This document shows, piece after piece, positions 44,456-53,883 of a stretch of 64,000 bases of DNA. Origin of the DNA: Candidatus Oxydemutator sp. (lineage in GTDB: Bacteria; Pseudomonadota; Gammaproteobacteria; Poriferisulfidales; Oxydemutatoraceae); the NCBI GenBank assembly GCA_965203445.1, contig OZ241883.1, positions 512,001 through 576,000 on the forward strand, written 5' to 3'. Position 1 is the stretch's first letter. Each line of letters starts with the position of its first letter. The translations under genes and the position numbers were made by a program. The notes under the pieces are model-generated. The model saw only the letters and a list, made by a program, of their open reading frames with translations, made no database searches and was not told the origin of the DNA.

Positions 44456-45550
44456 TTAGGACTGTACTGGGTCATGCGGTGACGGCCGAGGGCACCGTTC
44501 CTCGCTTGCGAGCACGCGCGTCGCGGCCTCGCTGAACGCGGCCTCGTCCATGCCGCGCAGGACGACGCGGACGGCGCCGGCGTAACCGCGAAAGTGGCGC
44601 TGCATCGAGCGCAGATAAAGCGGATCGTAATGCTCCTCGAGCAACGCGCGCACCAGCCCGGCGGCGTCGCCGGCGTCGCGCCGCGCAAGCCACCGCCGCA
44701 CGCGCGCCTCGCCGACGTGACCGCCCAAACGCGCCAGCGTCCGTTCGAGCAGTTCGGGGTCTTCTAGAAAACGGTGATACTCCGACACCAGAAAAGGCAC
44801 GCGCAGCCCGATACCGGCCTCGACGCGGATGCAGCGCGCCGCGCGTATCGCGCGAATCAGCGGCTCCGGCACGTGCAGCTTGCCGATGCGGCGGCTCTCG
44901 GCCTCGACGTACACCGGGCGTCCGGCGTCGAATTGCCGCATCGCCCGACACAACAGGCTCTCGAACCACCGCTGCGGCGGCTGCCCGCCTTCGGCGGGTT
45001 CGCCCAGCACCGAACCGCGGTGGCGCGCCAGGCCCTCGAGATCCAGCACCTGCCGGCCGCGCGCGCGCAGCACCTCGAGCAGGCGGCTCTTGCCGACGCC
45101 GGTGCGCCCGCACAGGACCCGGAATCCAAGCCGAGGCGACAGCTCCTCGAGCGCGGCGATGACCTCGCGGCGGTAGGCCTTGTAGCCTCCGGGCAGTTGG
45201 CGCGCCGGCCAGCCGATCTCGTTCAGCACGTGCACCATCGCCGCGCTGCGGGCGCCGCCGCGCCAGCAATAGATCAGCGGCCGCCAGTCGCCGCCGCGCG
45301 CCTGCCAATGCCGCTCCAAATGCCGCGCGACGTTGGCGGCGACTTTCGCGGCGCCGCGCTTTTTCGCCTCGAACGCGGAGACTTGCTTATAGACGGTGCC
45401 GACGGCGGCGCGCTCGGCGTCGTCCAACACCGGAAAGTTCCCGGCGCCCGGGACATGATCCTGCGTGTATTCGGCGGGCGAGCGCACGTCTATGATCTCG
45501 TCGAATTGATCCAGGCGTGCTAATGTCCAGCGTTTTTCGGAGGTCGTCAC
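44456..45550 (-). CDS. selU: tRNA 2-selenouridine synthase
   Basis: IDVRSPAEY rhodanese, YCWRGGARS, GRTGVGKS, DLEGLARHRGS and EAESRRIG motifs. Confidence 0.93.
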   Translation of the reverse strand: MTTSEKRWTLARLDQFDEIIDVRSPAEYTQDHVPGAGNFPVLDDAERAAVGTVYKQVSAFEAKKRGAAKVAANVARHLERHWQARGGDWRPLIYCWRGGARSAAMVHVLNEIGWPARQLPGGYKAYRREVIAALEELSPRLGFRVLCGRTGVGKSRLLEVLRARGRQVLDLEGLARHRGSVLGEPAEGGQPPQRWFESLLCRAMRQFDAGRPVYVEAESRRIGKLHVPEPLIRAIRAARCIRVEAGIGLRVPFLVSEYHRFLEDPELLERTLARLGGHVGEARVRRWLARRDAGDAAGLVRALLEEHYDPLYLRSMQRHFRGYAGAVRVVLRGMDEAAFSEAATRVLASEERCPRPSPHDPVQS

Positions 45551-45551
45551 G

Positions 45552-46610
45552 GTGCTCCACCATCCCTGCAAACTGACCGCATTGTCGCACGGCGGCGGAT
45601 GCGGATGCAAAATACCGCCGGCCGCGCTGGCGCGGCTGCTGTCGCGGATACCGCCGCCATCCTCGCCGGCGCTGCTGGTGGGCGGCGCGCTGACGGACGA
45701 CGCCGCCGTGTATCGGCTCGACGATGAGCGCGCGCTGATCGCGACCGCCGATTTCTTCGCGCCCATCGTCGACGATCCGTTCGACTTCGGACGCATCGCC
45801 GCGGCCAACGCGCTGTCCGACGTCTATGCGATGGGCGGGCGCCCGGCGCTCGCGCTGAATCTCGTCGGCGCGCCGCTTGCGCGCATCGGCGAGGACGCGC
45901 TCGGCGAGATCGCAAGGGGCGGACACGAGATTTGCACGCGCGCCGGGGTCGCGGTCGGCGGCGGCCACTCGATAGACGCGCCCGAACCGTTCTACGGCCT
46001 CGCGGTGACCGGCTTCGCGCCGCCGGCAAAGATCAAGACCAACGCCGCGGCCGCCGACGGCGACGCGCTGATACTCGGCAAGCCGCTCGGTATCGGCGTG
46101 CTCGGCGCGGCGCTGAAGCAGGGGCGTCTCGACGAGAGCGGCTACCGCGAGATGATCCGGTGGACGACGCGCATCAACGACATCGGCGCACGCTTGGCCG
46201 AAGCCGACGACGAACCGTGCGCGGTGCACGCGATGACCGACGTCACCGGCTTCGGGCTGCTCGGCCACCTGCTCGAGATATGCCGGGCGTCCGGGATGCG
46301 CGCGTTCGTGCGCGCGCGCGACGTGCCGTTGATCGAGGCCGCGCTCGCGCTGGCGCGCGCCGGTTTCTCGCCCGGCGCCACGCGGCGCAACTGGGACGGC
46401 TACCGCGACCAGGTGCAAGCCGACGCGCTCGACGACGTCACGCGCGCGCTGCTGGCCGACCCGCAGACGAACGGCGGCCTGCTCGTCGCCTGCGCGCAAG
46501 ACGCGACGCCACGGGTGCTGGCGGAGTTCCACGCGCAAGGCTACACGCGCGCGGCCTGCATCGGGCGGCTGGAGCGCTCGTCCCGGGCCGGCGTCGTCGT
46601 CGAGGCCTGA
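45552..46610 (+). CDS. selD: Selenide, water dikinase (Cys-type)
   Basis: HGGGCGCK, DDAAVY, NALSDVYAMGG, TDVTGFGLLGH and DPQTNGGLL motifs; SD GGAGG. Confidence 0.95.
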   Translation: MLHHPCKLTALSHGGGCGCKIPPAALARLLSRIPPPSSPALLVGGALTDDAAVYRLDDERALIATADFFAPIVDDPFDFGRIAAANALSDVYAMGGRPALALNLVGAPLARIGEDALGEIARGGHEICTRAGVAVGGGHSIDAPEPFYGLAVTGFAPPAKIKTNAAAADGDALILGKPLGIGVLGAALKQGRLDESGYREMIRWTTRINDIGARLAEADDEPCAVHAMTDVTGFGLLGHLLEICRASGMRAFVRARDVPLIEAALALARAGFSPGATRRNWDGYRDQVQADALDDVTRALLADPQTNGGLLVACAQDATPRVLAEFHAQGYTRAACIGRLERSSRAGVVVEA

Positions 46611-46783
46611 GGCGAAACCGGCCGCCGGCGTCATTCGTCGGCTCACGTCGTTCGTCGGCCAGATGGGGCGTTTCATCCCCCTTTTCGTGCGCCGGCGGTT
46701 TCGTGTCCGCTACCTTCGTTTCCCTGTAAGCGGCGGCCGCGCACGTCTGGCCGGGGCCGCACCCAAACGACGGAGGAAACGAA

Positions 46784-47146
46784 ATGAAAGCAAAAAGAAT
46801 GGTCGCGCTGGCCGCGTTGGCGGTCGGCGTCGCCGGCGCGGGCTGCGCCACGGCGCCCGACAAAATACAGGCCGCGTCGCTGTCGCCGCTGGCCTACAAG
46901 GAGCATAGCTGCGAGGAAATCGCGGCGGAATACAACCGGGTGTCGGTGCGCGAGAGCGAACTGCACGCGGTCCTGAAGGAACGCGCCGACACCGACGCGA
47001 CGCAGATGGGCGTCGGCATGTTGCTGTTGTGGCCGACGCTGTTGTGGCTCGACGGAGACGGCGACGACACGCGGGAATACGCGCGCTTGAAGGGCGAGCA
47101 GGCCGCGCTGAAGGAAGCGGCGGCGGCCAGCCGGTGCGGGCTGTGA
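46784..47146 (+). CDS. Hypothetical small lipoprotein
   Basis: SD GGAGGA; lipobox GAGC; SCEEIAAE..YARLKGE pattern. Confidence 0.8.
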   Translation: MKAKRMVALAALAVGVAGAGCATAPDKIQAASLSPLAYKEHSCEEIAAEYNRVSVRESELHAVLKERADTDATQMGVGMLLLWPTLLWLDGDGDDTREYARLKGEQAALKEAAAASRCGL

Positions 47147-47173
47147 GGGTGCCGCCCGCGTGCAGGCCCGGCG

Positions 47174-48070
47174 TCAGAAGTCCGCGCTTAGATCGAAGGC
47201 GGTGACTTTGTTTTCGAGCATTTCGGGCACGATCAAAAGCCTGGTATCGGTCAGGAAGGCGACGTCCGCGGCGCCTTTGGGACGGATCAGCAAGGTGCGC
47301 GCCGCGCCGTTTGCGACGTGATGCACCATGCCCGCAACCCAGTCGGTCACGATGTAACCGCCCCGGCCGTCGGCCTCGATGCCGTCGAGGTTGCCGAGCG
47401 GCGCGGCCACCAGGTCGGTGCGCGCGCGCGTCTCGAGATCGAGCGCGAACACGCGCCCCGGCGTCTCGGTGCTGAAGTCGTCACCGATGCCGGCGCCCCA
47501 CGAGGCGACGATCAGCCGGCCCTCCTCGACGAGCAGGCCGTTGGGATGCTCCAGCGCGTCGCCCTCGGCGAATACCGACAGGTGCCCGTCTTTGTAGCGG
47601 TGGATGCGGCCGGCCACCATGTCGGAGACGTAGACCGCGCCGGCGGCGTCGCAGGCGACGTCGTTTAAGAACTTCGCGTCCGGCACCGCGACTTCGCGGG
47701 CGATCTCGCCGGTGGCGATGCGGATTGCGACGAGGCGGTCAATATCGGCGACCCACAACGTGCCGTCGTGGGCGCGCATACCCTTCGGCGCGTTCAGGCC
47801 GGTCGCCCATCGGTGTTCGAGGAGCGCGCCGGCGACGTCGAGCCTCGACACGAAGCCGTCGCCGTCCTTGCCGGTGGCGCCGCCAGCGCCCATCTGCGAC
47901 ACAAACAGCGAGCGCGAGGCGGCGTCGTAGTAGGCGCTTTCCGGCGCCTGCACCCCGTCGGCCTCGCCGATGCTCCAGACGACCGGCCGGGACGCGCCGG
48001 ACGCCGCGGCCACGGCCGCCTGGCAAAAAATCAGCACTGCCGCGAACGCGGCGGGTCTTGTAGCGGTCAT
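47174..48070 (-). CDS. SMP-30/gluconolactonase-like beta-propeller secreted protein
   Basis: APESA, GLNAPKGM, FLND, PNGL and LDGIE motifs; signal peptide. Confidence 0.85.
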   Translation of the reverse strand: MTATRPAAFAAVLIFCQAAVAAASGASRPVVWSIGEADGVQAPESAYYDAASRSLFVSQMGAGGATGKDGDGFVSRLDVAGALLEHRWATGLNAPKGMRAHDGTLWVADIDRLVAIRIATGEIAREVAVPDAKFLNDVACDAAGAVYVSDMVAGRIHRYKDGHLSVFAEGDALEHPNGLLVEEGRLIVASWGAGIGDDFSTETPGRVFALDLETRARTDLVAAPLGNLDGIEADGRGGYIVTDWVAGMVHHVANGAARTLLIRPKGAADVAFLTDTRLLIVPEMLENKVTAFDLSADF

Positions 48071-48188
48071 AGTTGGCCCTCCTTCCTAATTTGGCGGTGT
48101 ATCAAGCGCATATGATAATACCACTCCCTCCTGTATTCTCTTTATAATAGAAGTGGACACCCCGCAGGGCGGGTGGAGAGATGGAGCG

Positions 48189-49238
48189 ATGGCGGCAAAT
48201 GTTGCATATGCGCCGCGAGTAGAGGCGCCTGAGACGGCGAGCGTGTGCGCGCTGGTGCCGCGCTATCGCGGCGCCGAGCGTCGCGAGCGGATGGCGCGCA
48301 TAGCGGACAAGCTGAAGGCACTCGACGCGGTGCTCGTGTCCCACTATTACGTGGACGAGGACTTGCAGATATTGGCCGAGCGCAGCGGCGGCTTCGTCGG
48401 CGACTCGCTGGAGATGGCGCGTTTCGGCCAGCGCGCCGACGCCTCGACGTTGGTGGTCGCGGGCGTGCGCTTCATGGGCGAGACCGCCAAGATACTGAGT
48501 CCCGACAAGCGCGTGCTGATGCCGACGCTTGAGGCGACCTGCTCGCTCGACGTCGGCTGCCCGATCGAGGCGTTCGCACCGTTTTGCGACGAACATCCCG
48601 AGCGCACGGTGGTCGTCTATGCGAACACCAGCGCCGAGGTCAAGGCGCGCGCCGACTGGGTCGTGACCTCCAGCATCGCGCTCGAGATCATCTGCCACCT
48701 GATGGATCGCGGCGAGAAAATCCTGTGGGCGCCCGACCGCCACCTCGGCAACTATTTACAGCGCGTCAGCGGCGCCGAGATGCTGACGTGGCCGGGCAGT
48801 TGCGTCGTGCACGAGGAGTTCAAGCACGCCGGCGTGCTCGAACTGAAGCGGCGCTACCCCGAGGCCGCGGTGCTGGTACACCCCGAGGCGCCGCGCGCGG
48901 TCATAGACGCCGCCGACGCGGTCGGTTCGACCAGCACGCTGGTGAAGGCCGTGCGCGAACTGCCGAACCGGCGCTTCATCGTCGCCACCGACAATCGCAT
49001 CTTCCACAAGATGCGCCAAGTCGCGCCGGGGCGCGAGTTCATAGAGGCGCCGACCGCGGGCGAGGGCGCGACCTGCAAAAGCTGCGCGCACTGCCCGTGG
49101 ATGGCGATGAACGGACTGCACAACCTGGAGCGGACGCTCGACGACGACGCCAACGAGATCCTCATTGACGAGCAGGTGCGGCGGCGCGCGCTGGTCTCGA
49201 CGCGGCGCATGATGGAGTTCGCGCGGCGCAGTCATTGA
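48189..49238 (+). CDS. nadA: Quinolinate synthase
   Basis: [34 protein letters not shown] and CPWM motifs. Confidence 0.96.
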   Translation: MAANVAYAPRVEAPETASVCALVPRYRGAERRERMARIADKLKALDAVLVSHYYVDEDLQILAERSGGFVGDSLEMARFGQRADASTLVVAGVRFMGETAKILSPDKRVLMPTLEATCSLDVGCPIEAFAPFCDEHPERTVVVYANTSAEVKARADWVVTSSIALEIICHLMDRGEKILWAPDRHLGNYLQRVSGAEMLTWPGSCVVHEEFKHAGVLELKRRYPEAAVLVHPEAPRAVIDAADAVGSTSTLVKAVRELPNRRFIVATDNRIFHKMRQVAPGREFIEAPTAGEGATCKSCAHCPWMAMNGLHNLERTLDDDANEILIDEQVRRRALVSTRRMMEFARRSH

Positions 49239-49293
49239 GGCCCTGCAAACGGCGCGCTTCATCGAGAAGCGCGCCCGCCGCCGCACCGAAAGA

Positions 49294-50028
49294 TTACAGA
49301 TCGAAAGTCGTGGACACCGTGAAGTAAATCCGCGTGTCGTCACCGTCGGCCAAGTCGGTTCCGTCGGCACCGAGGTCGCTGCTCGGATTCACAAACCCCA
49401 AACCGACGTCGAGCGCTTCCATGATGGTCGTGCCGTAGCCGACTTCGACGTAATGCCCCCCCCAGTCTTCACTGAAGCCGCCGTAGGTCAGGAACAACCC
49501 CTTGTAGCCCAGGGTAGCGGCGGCGAAGGTGTAGTCCGCGTCGCTCTCGTGACTGGCGGCGCCGCCGTTGGTGTGATCGCCGAACGAGTACTCAAGATCC
49601 AAGGTGAACGGAAAATCCTCGGACGCAAATCCCAACGCAAGGTTGGTTTCGTTATACGCCGAGTCGAAACCCTCGGTGTACTGATAGCTCGTGTAGCCGA
49701 CGCCGACCGTTACGGCCTCGCCGAGAGCATAAGACAGGCCGGCGTACAAGTCGTACTCTATGCTGCTGTCCTTGTCCATGGTGCTGTCGCCGTCGTCGCT
49801 CACGTCCGCAAGCCAGGTGCCCGCGTATAACGGACCGTACTCAACGTCTATCCCGCCCATCGCGGCGGTGTCGGATTGCTTGATGCCGCGGTAGATGTAT
49901 TGCGACATAAAGCCGACGTTGGCGGAAACCCCCAGTTCGTAGCCTGCGCCGTCGTCGGCGCTCGCCTTCGTATGCGGCAACGTCGCGCCCAACAAGAGCG
50001 CGGCGCACAGGTATCGAATGTTTTTCAT
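49294..50028 (-). CDS. TorF-family putative porin
   Basis: SD AAGGAG; signal peptide; SQYIYRGIKQ, GGID and EYDLYAG motifs; C-terminal aromatic residue. Confidence 0.85.
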   Translation of the reverse strand: MKNIRYLCAALLLGATLPHTKASADDGAGYELGVSANVGFMSQYIYRGIKQSDTAAMGGIDVEYGPLYAGTWLADVSDDGDSTMDKDSSIEYDLYAGLSYALGEAVTVGVGYTSYQYTEGFDSAYNETNLALGFASEDFPFTLDLEYSFGDHTNGGAASHESDADYTFAAATLGYKGLFLTYGGFSEDWGGHYVEVGYGTTIMEALDVGLGFVNPSSDLGADGTDLADGDDTRIYFTVSTTFDL

Positions 50029-50082
50029 GTTGTTCTCCTTATATATAGTCAGGTTATACGGGTGCTGACGATACAATATAGA

Positions 50083-50098
50083 AGCAGGAAACGTGCCA
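50083..50098 (-). promoter_or_regulatory. sigma54 (-24/-12) promoter of the TorF-type porin
   Basis: Minus strand TGGCACGTTTCCTGCT = GG-N10-GC in an AT-rich intergenic region. Confidence 0.7.
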
Positions 50099-50316
50099 TA
50101 TACGATATATCTCGTGATTACAAGAGATTACATAATCCGCGGCGCCCTCCGCCGCCGGCCCGGTGCACGCTTGCGGAACACCGATGCCCACGCGCTGACG
50201 CGCGATAACGCCGGATGGCAAGAACCGTGCCGGCGACGCCTCGTGGTTTATCACTTATAATGAAGGCCAGTCTCGGGCGCGTCCGGAACCGGACGACAAG
50301 CAAAACGACAACCAGA

Positions 50317-51561
50317 ATGATGCAGGGCAAAGAAAGTCTCGGTCGCAAGCTGCTCGCGTTCGCGCTGGTGGCGGTGCTGGCGGGCGCACTCGGCAGCGTC
50401 GCCTACGAGACGCCCGCGGCCAACGTCTCCCTGCCGATCAAGGAATTGCGTCTGTTCAGCGACGTTTACGCGCGCATCAAGAGCGGCTACGTCGAGGAAG
50501 TGGCCGACGAAAAACTGCTCGAAGGGGCGATCAACGGAATGTTGCGCGAACTCGACCCGTATTCGGTTTATCTGAAGGAACGTTCCTACCAGGATCTGAA
50601 AATCGGCACCTCCGGCAAGTTCGGCGGCCTCGGCATCGAGGTGGACATGGAGGACGATTTCGTCAAGGTCATCGCGCCGATAGACGACACGCCGGCGCAG
50701 CGCGCCGGCATCATCGCTGGCGACCGCATCGCCAAGATAGGCGACAAGCTGGTCAAGGGCATGACGCTGTCCGAGGCCGTGGATCTGATGCGCGGCGAGG
50801 TCGGCACGCAAATCACGCTGACGATACTGCGCGAGAACGCCGCCGAACCCCTGACCGTCGAGTTGACGCGCGCCGTGATCAAGATCAAGAGCGCGCGCGC
50901 GACGCTGCTGGAGCCGGACTTCGGCTACGTCAGGCTGTCCAAGTTCCAGGAACGCACCGCGCAAGACCTGCTTGCGATGCTCGAGAAACTCGCCGCCGAC
51001 AACACGCGCCCGCTGCGCGGCCTGATTCTCGACTTGAGGAGCAACCCCGGCGGCGTGCTGGCCGAGGCGGTCGGTGTCGCCGACGTCTTTCTGAACGAGC
51101 AAAGCCTGATCGTGTTCACCCGCGGCCGCCACCACAACGCGGCCGTCGAATACAAGGCGACGACGCCCGATCGCCTGAACGGCACGCCGCTGGTCGTGCT
51201 GATAGACCGAGGTTCGGCGTCGGCGTCGGAAATCGTCGCCGGCGCGCTGCAAGACCTGAAGCGCGCGACCATCATGGGCGCCAACACGTTCGGCAAGGGT
51301 TCGGTGCAGTCCATCCACCAGCTGAATCAGGAAAGCGCGCTGAAACTGACGACCGCCAAGTACTACACGCCGTCGGGACGCACGATACACGAGGTCGGCA
51401 TCAAGCCCGACCTCGAGCTCGCACCGCTCGATCTGTCCGACGAGGACAAGGAGGCGCGCTCCAAAATCAGCCGTTCCGACCTGAAGGCGTGGCTCGCCTA
51501 CGACGCCCAGGTCACCGCGGCACTCGACAAGCTGAAGCTGATCGCGACAACGACGCAGTAG
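50317..51561 (+). CDS. ctpA: Carboxyl-terminal processing protease, S41 family
   Basis: LDPYS, FGGLGI PDZ, DLRSNPGG, SASASEI and FGKGSVQ motifs. Confidence 0.93.
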   Translation: MMQGKESLGRKLLAFALVAVLAGALGSVAYETPAANVSLPIKELRLFSDVYARIKSGYVEEVADEKLLEGAINGMLRELDPYSVYLKERSYQDLKIGTSGKFGGLGIEVDMEDDFVKVIAPIDDTPAQRAGIIAGDRIAKIGDKLVKGMTLSEAVDLMRGEVGTQITLTILRENAAEPLTVELTRAVIKIKSARATLLEPDFGYVRLSKFQERTAQDLLAMLEKLAADNTRPLRGLILDLRSNPGGVLAEAVGVADVFLNEQSLIVFTRGRHHNAAVEYKATTPDRLNGTPLVVLIDRGSASASEIVAGALQDLKRATIMGANTFGKGSVQSIHQLNQESALKLTTAKYYTPSGRTIHEVGIKPDLELAPLDLSDEDKEARSKISRSDLKAWLAYDAQVTAALDKLKLIATTTQ

Positions 51562-51610
51562 CCGGGCTTCCCCCCTCCCCCCGCGACGTGATCGGCGGCG
51601 GCGTTGCCGC

Positions 51611-53047
51611 CTAATTTTTCGACCGGGTTTCCGCTTTTGCGGGAACGACGGACCCGAGGCGGAAGTGTCGGGCCAGTTTGTTTCTGACCGCCACCAGCAG
51701 CGCCAGGCTCGGCAGCACCATCAGCGCGGTGATGACGAAGAATTGCTCCCAGGCGCCGCCGAGGGCGTCCACCAGCTGGCCGCTGTGCGCCGACAGCGTC
51801 GTGCGCGCGAGGTTGCCGAGCGACGCCAGCAGCGCGTACTGGGTCGCGGTATAGACGCGCCCGCACAGTTGCGAGATGAAGGCCACGAAGGCGACGGTCG
51901 AGATCGCGGTCGTGAACTGGTCCAGGACGACGGCCGCGGCGAACAGCGCGCGCTCGGGGCCGACGGCGGCGAGCCACGCGAACAGCAGGTTGGTCGCGGC
52001 CATCGCCAGGCCGCAGATCAGCAGCCCCCGAAACAGGCCGAAGCGCACGCTGAAGAGGCTGCCGACGACGGAAAAGAAGGCGATGGTGCCCCAACCGATG
52101 AGCTTGGAATACGTCGCTATGTCGGCCTCGTCGAAGCCGACGTCGCGGTAGAACAACAGCGACATGCGGCCGAGAAAAGCCTCGCCGATCTTGAACAGAA
52201 ACACGAATCCGAGCAGCGCCGCGGCGACGCGCGCGCCGTTGGTGCGAAAGAAGTCGGCGAGCGGCTCCCAAACGGTCGCGCCCAGCCACGCCAGCGCGCG
52301 CGCGCCGTCGCCGCGCCGCGCCGTCGCCACCCGCTCGAGCGCCGCCTGGCGCGCGCGCGCCTGGGCCGCGGCGCGTTCGTCGCCGCCGCTTTCGCGCACG
52401 CACAACAGGCCGGCGTTGCAGGCGACGATCACCAGCGTCATCAGCAGGTAGGTCGTCTGCCACGGGTCGTCCACGCCGGTGCTCTTGAGCCAGTCGGCGC
52501 AGTAGAGCGCGATGGCGCCGCCGGCGTTGTAGCCGGTGTACCAGCCGGCCGTGGCCATGGCCGCGGCGGCCGCGACCAGCGCGGCCTCGTCCTTGCGCAC
52601 CAGTTCGATGCGCAGCGCGTCTATCGCCACGTCCTGCGTCGCCGACGCGGCCGCGATGACGACGACCGCGATTGCGACGTGCCACAGGCTGACCGCGGGC
52701 GACAGAAAATACATCGCCGTCGTCGCGCCCAGGATCAAGACCTGCATCAGCACGATCCACGCGCGGCGGTGACCGAGGACGCGCGTCAGCACCGGGACGC
52801 GCACCGCGTCCAACAGCGGCGCCCACAGGAAGTTGAGCGCGTAGAACGCGAAGGCGTAGCCGAACAGGCCTATCGAGCTCAGGCTGTATCCCTCGTCCCT
52901 GAGCCACAGCGACGCCAGCGAACTGATCAGCACCCACGGAAAACCGCTGATGATCCCGATCAGCAGGATTTTTGCGAGGCGCGCGTCGGCATAGACTTTG
53001 AGCGTCGCCGCCCAATCGCGCGAGGAATCGTCCGGTGTATGGTTCAA
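51611..53047 (-). CDS. ampG: AmpG-family muropeptide MFS transporter (start approximate)
   Basis: SGFP, FLWAPLLD, SATQDVAIDALRIE and TATQYALL motifs. Confidence 0.88.
   Translation of the reverse strand: MNHTPDDSSRDWAATLKVYADARLAKILLIGIISGFPWVLISSLASLWLRDEGYSLSSIGLFGYAFAFYALNFLWAPLLDAVRVPVLTRVLGHRRAWIVLMQVLILGATTAMYFLSPAVSLWHVAIAVVVIAAASATQDVAIDALRIELVRKDEAALVAAAAAMATAGWYTGYNAGGAIALYCADWLKSTGVDDPWQTTYLLMTLVIVACNAGLLCVRESGGDERAAAQARARQAALERVATARRGDGARALAWLGATVWEPLADFFRTNGARVAAALLGFVFLFKIGEAFLGRMSLLFYRDVGFDEADIATYSKLIGWGTIAFFSVVGSLFSVRFGLFRGLLICGLAMAATNLLFAWLAAVGPERALFAAAVVLDQFTTAISTVAFVAFISQLCGRVYTATQYALLASLGNLARTTLSAHSGQLVDALGGAWEQFFVITALMVLPSLALLVAVRNKLARHFRLGSVVPAKAETRSKN
51623..51650 (-). 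repeat. Second REP-like palindromic element, inside the 3' end of ampG
   Basis: Reverse complement CGTCGTTCCCGCAAAAGCGGAAACCCGG resembles 10356-10377. Confidence 0.6.
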
Positions 53048-53097
53048 GATTTTCGGCGCGGCTTCGGGCTCGCGTCTTCCAAGGCCGTCAAAGGCCG

Positions 53098-53871
53098 TCA
53101 GTCGGGCAGGTCGTAGTCTATCGTAAGCGGCGCGTGATCCGAGAAACGCCGCCTTTTGTAGATGGCGGCGCGCGTCGGCGCACCGCGCAGCGGCGGCGAC
53201 GTCACCTGGTAATCTATGCGCCAACCGACGTTTTTGTCCCACGCGCGCCCGCGGTTCGACCACCAGGTGTACTGCTCGGGCAGCGCGCACAGTTCGCGGA
53301 ACGCGTCGTTGTAGCCGAGGCGCCCAAACAGCCAGTCCATCCACGCGCGTTCCTCCGGCAGAAAACCGGAGTGGTTGCGGTTGCCGCGCCAGTTCTTCAG
53401 ATCGATCCGCTTGTGCGCGACGTTCCAGTCGCCGCAGATGACGTAGTTGCTACGCCGCCGTTTGAGCTTGCGCAGGTGCTCCCCGAACTCGTCGAGAAAA
53501 CGAAACTTGGCCTGCTGGCGCTCGTCGCCGGACGAACCGGACGGCGCGTAGAGCGAGACCACCGAAAGCGCGCCGAAGCGCGCCTCGAGATAGCGCCCCT
53601 CGCGGTCGAATTCGGCGCTGCCGAAACCCTCGACGACGGCCTCGGGACGCCGCCGGGAAAACAGCGCGACGCCGCTGTAGCCTTTCTTGTCGGCGGCGTG
53701 ATAGTTGCAGTGGTAGGCGCGCGGATGAAACACGGCGTCTTGCAGCTGCCACGTCTGCGCCTTCAATTCCTGGATGCAGACGAAGTCGGCTTTCTGTCTC
53801 GCCAGCCAGCCGAACAGGCCCTTGGACGCGGCCGAGCGTATGCCGTTGGCGTTGAGCGTGATCACGCGCAT
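53098..53871 (-). CDS. xth: Exodeoxyribonuclease III
   Basis: NANGIRS, IQELK, GYSGVA, GDWN, WRIDY and SDHAP motifs. Confidence 0.93.
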   Translation of the reverse strand: MRVITLNANGIRSAASKGLFGWLARQKADFVCIQELKAQTWQLQDAVFHPRAYHCNYHAADKKGYSGVALFSRRRPEAVVEGFGSAEFDREGRYLEARFGALSVVSLYAPSGSSGDERQQAKFRFLDEFGEHLRKLKRRRSNYVICGDWNVAHKRIDLKNWRGNRNHSGFLPEERAWMDWLFGRLGYNDAFRELCALPEQYTWWSNRGRAWDKNVGWRIDYQVTSPPLRGAPTRAAIYKRRRFSDHAPLTIDYDLPD

Positions 53872-53883
53872 CGAGGCCCGGCC

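Noticed and set aside
45552-45620. Selenocysteine in SelD
   Set aside because: The active-site codons are TGC (GGGCGCK), with no in-frame TGA.
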